Assembly (NCBI GenBank): GCA_963977015.1 | Contig: CAXBMO010000003.1 | Coordinates: forward strand, 384,001-448,000 | Reading direction: 5' to 3' | Origin: an uncultured bacterium | Lineage (GTDB): Bacteria > Verrucomicrobiota > Verrucomicrobiia > Verrucomicrobiales > DEV007 | Length of the DNA stretch: 64,000 bases | Shown: positions 58,717 through 64,000 of the stretch, one piece after another | Position numbering within the stretch: the first letter of the stretch is position 1 | Layout: every line of letters starts with the position of its first letter | Notes under the pieces: generated by a model | Databases searched by the model: none | Seen by the model: the letters and a program-made list of their open reading frames with translations, nothing else | What the model was told of the DNA's origin: nothing | Translations under genes and position numbers: made by a program

Positions 58717-59727
58717 ATGGAGACGTTTACAATCGATCGGCCAAATCCCGTCCGCGTTAGTGACTTATTTCGTCGCTTTGACCGGGTTGCATCTGAAATT
58801 GAACCCGCTAACCTGAAAAAGAAGTTGGAGAACGGGTTACTGTTTGCTCAGGGAGGCCGATTCCGGGAAATCGACGCCGAAGTGACCTGCAAGGGCAAGA
58901 AACACCCGCTCAAGATTACCTTCGGAGAAGCGCGAATCGATGTCGAAGTGCCTGCCGCGCTCCTGAAAATCGCTTTGAAAGCCGAAGAAAAAGCCGCAGC
59001 GGAGGAAGCGGCCCGGGCAGCGGAAGCCGATGCGAACGAGCCCAAAATCGCCAAATTCGAGAACGATTGTCCAGCCGCATTTGAACTGGCCTTTCAGGAT
59101 GACTGGAAAGTCGAAGTTGGAAACTCGGTCATGAACTTCGAGAATATCCGGTTGGGCGACTTCAATACGGGTTGCGCGCAATTGATCGCCAGCGGACCAA
59201 AGACCTACAACGATCAGCCTCCTTTTGCTTACAATTTCCCGGTAGGCAGTGCTGACGTCGAACTGGCGATCGCCGATTTGTTGACCGAACAGCGGGTCGC
59301 CTACGCCCGGCTCAAATTCTCCAGCGCCAAGCCAATTCGCTGGGAATACGCTCGCGTCGAAAAAGAGCGGGTTCCCACCGACACGAAACTTGGGAAAGGC
59401 TTCGTCTATGGCGGCACCTGTTGCTTCATCAGCACCAAGTTGGCAATGCTGCTCGGCAAGGACAACACGCTGCGAAAGAAGATCGACGCCTCTCAGAAGG
59501 AGTTCATGAATGACACCATGACCGAAACCTGGGGCTGGGCTCTAACTGAGCACGAAGGAGAATCCTACGTGATGTTCAGCAACGGAAGTAGTGGCGAAGG
59601 CGACTCCTACAACCCCGATGGCGCATTCCGCAGCTACGTGGGCTACGATGGCGATGGCCAGATTTGTCGCCTCCTGACCGATTTCGAGGTCCTCCCATTC
59701 GAGGACTCGCAAACGATCAAATCCTGA
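58717..59727 (+). CDS. Hypothetical protein with C-terminal DUF4241-like domain
   Basis: RVAYARLKFS...W and DGAFRSYVGYDGDGQICRLLTDF. Confidence 0.6.
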   Translation: METFTIDRPNPVRVSDLFRRFDRVASEIEPANLKKKLENGLLFAQGGRFREIDAEVTCKGKKHPLKITFGEARIDVEVPAALLKIALKAEEKAAAEEAARAAEADANEPKIAKFENDCPAAFELAFQDDWKVEVGNSVMNFENIRLGDFNTGCAQLIASGPKTYNDQPPFAYNFPVGSADVELAIADLLTEQRVAYARLKFSSAKPIRWEYARVEKERVPTDTKLGKGFVYGGTCCFISTKLAMLLGKDNTLRKKIDASQKEFMNDTMTETWGWALTEHEGESYVMFSNGSSGEGDSYNPDGAFRSYVGYDGDGQICRLLTDFEVLPFEDSQTIKS

Positions 59728-59731
59728 CGGC

Positions 59732-61192
59732 TCAGGGCTGGGGCCACCCCGGCGCACCCAACAGCTTCATCACTTCGTCTGAGCTTGGATCCAATCCGGT
59801 CCCGAAGGACGCATCGTTCACATCGGCAAGGTCGACTTGGCCATGCCTGATGGTGAACGCCGAAAAGTCTCGTTCTTTTTGGGAATGATAGAGTCCGGAA
59901 GACGTGGTGTTCACCGTTTCCTGAATCGAAACAGGAAACGCGGAGAGCCCCTTGAAGTAGTGATGGCCATTGCGTTCGACGTGAGAAATTCCCAGTGCAG
60001 CCATCACAGCCAGGTCTTGTAGCAAGGTCACCGGGCCAACTGTCGCAAGGTCTTCGCCGCTCATAAGAAACTGGCAATCCGGTGCTTGGCGTCTCAAGTG
60101 AGCCAACAGACAAGCGTTCGCGATTCCCTTGATCACGCCTTTGCAGCTCTTGTAGCTGGTGCCGGAATAGCCAAGTTCTAGCGCTCGCCGCAAACTGCCC
60201 AACTCGCCATCAGATTCATCAATCACCATTGGAGGAGCGTTCCTCCAAGATTTGAGGACTTCCGCTACCGGCGCCTCCAACGCTGCATCGCGATGGAGCG
60301 GTTGCTCAACAAAAATCAGATGCTTTGAGCTCAGAAATGTCTGCAGCTGCGGGTCTTCCTGAAATGCCTCCCATGCCGCTCGAAACGCACCGAGGTCTCG
60401 ATACTGCTCGTTGCCATCGAGGGTGTAACGAAAATCCGGAGAAGTCCTTTTCAGAAGGTCCGCCAATCGAAAAAGTCGCTCCCGGTCAACTTCGAGATTC
60501 CCGCTCAACTTGATCTTGAAGTAGCGAAGATGGTATTCGCGAATGCAATCCTCCAGCGCTTGCGGCAATCCATCCGCTGCCAAATCTTCCGGCGGAATTT
60601 CCGAAGCAATCAAAGCATCCCCGAGTCCAACGGTGTGTCGGATGTTCACCTTTTGGAGCGGCTCAGCCGGAAGAAAATCTGCCGGGACCGCGTTTGGCAG
60701 TTCCGGATGGATCTCTCCGAGGTTGATCCCAAAATCGTTGTGATGAAGCGCCGCCCAAAAGGGCTTCCCAATGGAACGGCAAAACGCGTCCATCATTCCC
60801 CGCTCAATCAGACTTACTCCCAGATTCGCCAATAACGGGGGGATTCCCGACTCTGCTGCCCATTTGGTTTGACTCTCGTAAAGCCAGTTCCAAAGATCGT
60901 AAATCGACTTCGCGGATGAAATGGATTGGGCCTCCGCAGCAGCTTGCTGAATCACTCCGACCAAGTCCGGAAGATCTTCTTCGAACGTCGTGTCCGGATT
61001 TTTGGTGAACCACTTGGGCGGCAATCCCTCCGAGCAGATTCCCTGCGTTTCCTTACCATCAACGCTCAAGGTGACTCGCAGGAACAGGTGAGGCAGCCGC
61101 GTCATGCTCGCAATGCCATAGCGAAATGGAAAACGTGTTTCCATCCATCGTGTGAATGGCTCAACGTCGACGACTCGGAGTTCGTGGCTCAT
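59732..61192 (-). CDS. Enolase-superfamily (mandelate racemase-like) protein
   Basis: YFKIKL, TLDGNE, FVEQP, IDESD and HVERNGHH. Confidence 0.8.
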   Translation of the reverse strand: MSHELRVVDVEPFTRWMETRFPFRYGIASMTRLPHLFLRVTLSVDGKETQGICSEGLPPKWFTKNPDTTFEEDLPDLVGVIQQAAAEAQSISSAKSIYDLWNWLYESQTKWAAESGIPPLLANLGVSLIERGMMDAFCRSIGKPFWAALHHNDFGINLGEIHPELPNAVPADFLPAEPLQKVNIRHTVGLGDALIASEIPPEDLAADGLPQALEDCIREYHLRYFKIKLSGNLEVDRERLFRLADLLKRTSPDFRYTLDGNEQYRDLGAFRAAWEAFQEDPQLQTFLSSKHLIFVEQPLHRDAALEAPVAEVLKSWRNAPPMVIDESDGELGSLRRALELGYSGTSYKSCKGVIKGIANACLLAHLRRQAPDCQFLMSGEDLATVGPVTLLQDLAVMAALGISHVERNGHHYFKGLSAFPVSIQETVNTTSSGLYHSQKERDFSAFTIRHGQVDLADVNDASFGTGLDPSSDEVMKLLGAPGWPQP

Positions 61193-61193
61193 T

Positions 61194-62216
61194 TCAGAGT
61201 CCGAGATAACGATCACGCCCCTGGGCCAACGCCTCAATCTTTCGGTCGGCAATCGAACGTTTGAGCATCCAAAACCCGCAATCCGGATGAACAAATTTCA
61301 CCCGACCCTCACCCAGTTTTGCCTCGGCTTTCTCAATCGAAGCGGCAATTTCATCAGCCGTCTCAATCTGATTCACTTTGATATCAACCACACCGAGCCC
61401 AACGCCGATTTTGGGATCCAACTCTGCCAAGGCATCCAAATCGCCTTCTGGTCGATGGGCCAATTCCAACACGAGATGGTCGGCGTGAAGACGGTTGAGA
61501 AAATCGATCAACGCTTTCCATTCGCCGGACTGGATGGTCTGGCCTCCATAATTTCCAAAGCAAAAGTGAACGGCACCAGGCCCTTCAAACGCATCAAGGA
61601 CCCGGTTGATCGCCTCCGCGGCAAGCGGGCCATCAGCCGGATTGCCCGGAATGTTCGCTTCATCGACCTGAAGACAACTTGTCGGCAATCCGCGAACCTG
61701 ATCCGCGAGAAGATCAGCAATTGCCAACGTCAGCTCTTCCAGATTGGGGTAATGATTGTCCAAGAGCGTTCGAGCCAACATGTAAGGACTCGTAACCGTG
61801 AACTTGAAGGCGCCGCCGGCGAGCTCGGCTGCCCTGGCGCAGTCTTCGAACAAATTCAGCGATCCCTCGGACAACGCCTCCTGAACCACTGCAGCCGGTT
61901 TCGCGCGAAATCCCATTTCGGATTTGGCCCGATACTTCTCTGAATCGCTGCGACCGATTTCGGAAGTGGCACCGCCAAACTTCTTCACGAAGTAATCAAT
62001 CATTCCATTGGTGTCCGGATGATTGATATCGAACCGATAAAGTTCTCCATCCGTTGGCAAATCGATTCCGGCCTGCCGCTGGGTATCGAAAATCACTCGG
62101 GTCGCGTCCATCACCGCCTGCTCGCTCGGCAATGCCGATAGCCAATCTGGAACCGGGTAGGAACCGACTGTTGTGGTGAGAATTCTAGGTGAAGTGGGGA
62201 TTTTTGATAGTGTCAT
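61194..62216 (-). CDS. Cobalamin-independent methionine synthase II family protein (single-domain MetE-like)
   Basis: TTTVGSYP, TDGE, QVDEA, VHFCFGN (HxC zinc ligands) and PDCG. Confidence 0.85.
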   Translation of the reverse strand: MTLSKIPTSPRILTTTVGSYPVPDWLSALPSEQAVMDATRVIFDTQRQAGIDLPTDGELYRFDINHPDTNGMIDYFVKKFGGATSEIGRSDSEKYRAKSEMGFRAKPAAVVQEALSEGSLNLFEDCARAAELAGGAFKFTVTSPYMLARTLLDNHYPNLEELTLAIADLLADQVRGLPTSCLQVDEANIPGNPADGPLAAEAINRVLDAFEGPGAVHFCFGNYGGQTIQSGEWKALIDFLNRLHADHLVLELAHRPEGDLDALAELDPKIGVGLGVVDIKVNQIETADEIAASIEKAEAKLGEGRVKFVHPDCGFWMLKRSIADRKIEALAQGRDRYLGL

Positions 62217-62243
62217 GACCTAGCTTTCCTTCACACCTCCCCT

Positions 62244-63548
62244 TTACGGCGAGGCGGAAATCTCTGCGGTTGGCGAAGGTGCCGGCAAACTCTGTTTCGC
62301 AGTTGCCAAGCTATGGGCAACCGACCAGGCAACGATTGCACTCGCAATTAAAAGCCCGACACCACCAACCGACCAGCCAATCTGTTTGGGGCGATCATTT
62401 TGTTCAAAGGCATTTCTCATTCCACCAAAGGCAAAGACCCCTCCAGCCCCCAGAGCCGCCACCGGCAGGGCGATTCCAAGCCAGGTCAGCGCCCCCATCC
62501 ACTCCGGTCCGGAACCAGGGAGAAAATAAAGGAGCCCAAAGGCCAAAACAATCACCAACCCAACCACGGACCATTGCAAAACGGTGGTGGCATCGCGACA
62601 AAAATTCCGGATTCGAAGCAGCGTTTCCGCCAGATTCCGCTTGGCATGACAGATTCCGTTTTGCTTCGGAAACGGGTGTTCAAAGGCCCGGATCGCTTCA
62701 ATGCAGAACGGATCCAATGGTTTACTCTCAAAGATGAGCTGTGTGTTGCGGTAAGCCTCGACCACCGTTTGGCTAATGGGCAGCTTTCCAATCACATTGA
62801 GAACACTCTTTCGGCCCACCCGGTCGCGTTCCGAGTCGAGAACCCGATTGTAAATCACACTGACTCCGCCGACATCCCGTCCAACGGCCTGGGCCAGTGA
62901 ATGGAGGGATTGCACAAAACTGAGATCCTGTTTTCCGGCGACTTCCCCCGGCTCGGTAACGATGACCACCGAATCCGCCACTACCGCTGCGACCGAGGCC
63001 CGCGTATCAGCGCCCCCACGGCTATCGATCAGGATGAAATCGTATTCCCGCTTAAACCGATCCATGAGCTCCTCGTAGTAGGGCAAAAGATTCCGGTCGA
63101 TAAAGTCTTCGCCTTCCGGATCCGGCTCGATCTCCGGCATTTCATCCTCATTTTGGGAGGCCAGCGGAGTTTTCCACCACGCGAGGTTATTCAAGAGAAC
63201 GGCAACCTCGAATTCGCCGACCGCGGGAGCCTCAAACATGAGTCGAAGGGGAGCCACATCTGCCGAAGGAATTTTTTGAGAATAGCAATCGTAGAAACAG
63301 GTCTGCGGATGAATCAAACCGGCTTCGGCCCCGCTCTTCAGCCGTTCACCTCCCGCGAGCAAGTAGGAGGCACCACCCGTCGCGTAGTCGTTATCGATCA
63401 CTAGGACACGATTTTTCCAATCCTTCCCTTCCGGTGATGCGAGATGACGCGCGCTGGCTAACTCCACGGCAAAGTTAGCGGTCAGGGTCGTCTTGCCTGT
63501 TCCGCCCTTGCCGCTAACAAAGGCTACTACAAAGCAGTCGTCACTCAT
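62244..63548 (-). CDS. MinD/ParA-family ATPase with C-terminal transmembrane helices
   Basis: SGKGGTGKTT deviant Walker A, VLVIDND and YDFILIDS; three hydrophobic segments at the C-terminus. Confidence 0.8.
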   Translation of the reverse strand: MSDDCFVVAFVSGKGGTGKTTLTANFAVELASARHLASPEGKDWKNRVLVIDNDYATGGASYLLAGGERLKSGAEAGLIHPQTCFYDCYSQKIPSADVAPLRLMFEAPAVGEFEVAVLLNNLAWWKTPLASQNEDEMPEIEPDPEGEDFIDRNLLPYYEELMDRFKREYDFILIDSRGGADTRASVAAVVADSVVIVTEPGEVAGKQDLSFVQSLHSLAQAVGRDVGGVSVIYNRVLDSERDRVGRKSVLNVIGKLPISQTVVEAYRNTQLIFESKPLDPFCIEAIRAFEHPFPKQNGICHAKRNLAETLLRIRNFCRDATTVLQWSVVGLVIVLAFGLLYFLPGSGPEWMGALTWLGIALPVAALGAGGVFAFGGMRNAFEQNDRPKQIGWSVGGVGLLIASAIVAWSVAHSLATAKQSLPAPSPTAEISASP

Positions 63549-63659
63549 GGTGTGTAAATCGGGTGCGCGTAATTGGATCGGTGGTTGCGTTAGAATAGGA
63601 GGGCGCACCGTTCCACTAGCAAGTGGAAAATCTGCCTCGAACCACCTTTTGCAGTTCCC

Positions 63660-64000
63660 CTAAATCTGGCGGAGCAGCCAGTTCAGGAACATCAAAACCA
63701 AAAAATACGTGATCCCAACCACGCTGGCATTTTTGATCCCCACCCGGAAGAAAAAGTGAGTGATTCCCGCCGTGGCTCCAATCATCACCAGCCACCCGAC
63801 ATAGGTGACCACGTGCTTCAGAGCCATGGACGAAGAATTGAAGAAGACCTGCTCCGTAATTTCGGCAATTCCAAGGCTGATGCCGAACACCAGGATTCCC
63901 GTGACGACCGTCTTCCAAAACGCATAGTCCTGCTCCTTGCGGGCGGACATGATGAGGGTTCCGGTCAACGCAACTGCCGCCAGGATGTAAATGAGGTAAA
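63660..64000 (-). CDS. Hypothetical membrane protein, 3' part (probably runs off the right edge)
   Basis: Hydrophobic open frame continuing to the window end. Confidence 0.55.
   Translation of the reverse strand, partial: YLIYILAAVALTGTLIMSARKEQDYAFWKTVVTGILVFGISLGIAEITEQVFFNSSSMALKHVVTYVGWLVMIGATAGITHFFFRVGIKNASVVGITYFLVLMFLNWLLRQI

Noticed and set aside
1-64000. tRNA, rRNA, CRISPR arrays, IS elements
   Set aside because: No cloverleaf/T-loop motifs, regularly spaced repeats or transposase motifs seen by eye; a tRNAscan-SE/cmscan run would be needed to exclude them fully.

Overview
About 58 protein-coding genes in a gene-dense bacterial chromosomal window of moderately high GC. Gene content points to the PVC superphylum, most likely Verrucomicrobiota: DUF1549/DUF1553 and planctomycete cytochrome c domains, a PVC-type heme-binding dehydrogenase, several sulfatases and SHD1-like domains. 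Housekeeping genes (hemW fragment, proS, rpsU, glpK, dnaG, moaD, mobA, mscL, ppk2, SurA-like PPIase) are mixed with sulfatases and a dispersed set of sugar or sugar-acid catabolic genes. I found no rRNA, tRNA, CRISPR array, transposase or phage genes. The most striking unexplained element is a ~190-nt multi-stem RNA at 18981-19172. It starts right after a sigma70-like promoter and has a mutually exclusive alternative helix covering the translation-initiation region of an 80-aa protein that resembles integrase arm-type nucleic-acid-binding domains. The unit is transcribed back-to-back with a KamA-family radical SAM aminomutase, so it is a candidate undescribed riboswitch or RNA-protein regulatory module. 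Other points of interest are a second candidate sRNA (38815-38930), a 1567-aa DUF1080/dehydrogenase/cytochrome c/sulfatase fusion facing a degenerate sulfatase, an HrgA/COG2958-like protein with an altered nuclease motif, an NfeD with a duplicated protease domain, and repeated leaderless promoter architecture. All family assignments come from motif recognition by eye, not from database searches.
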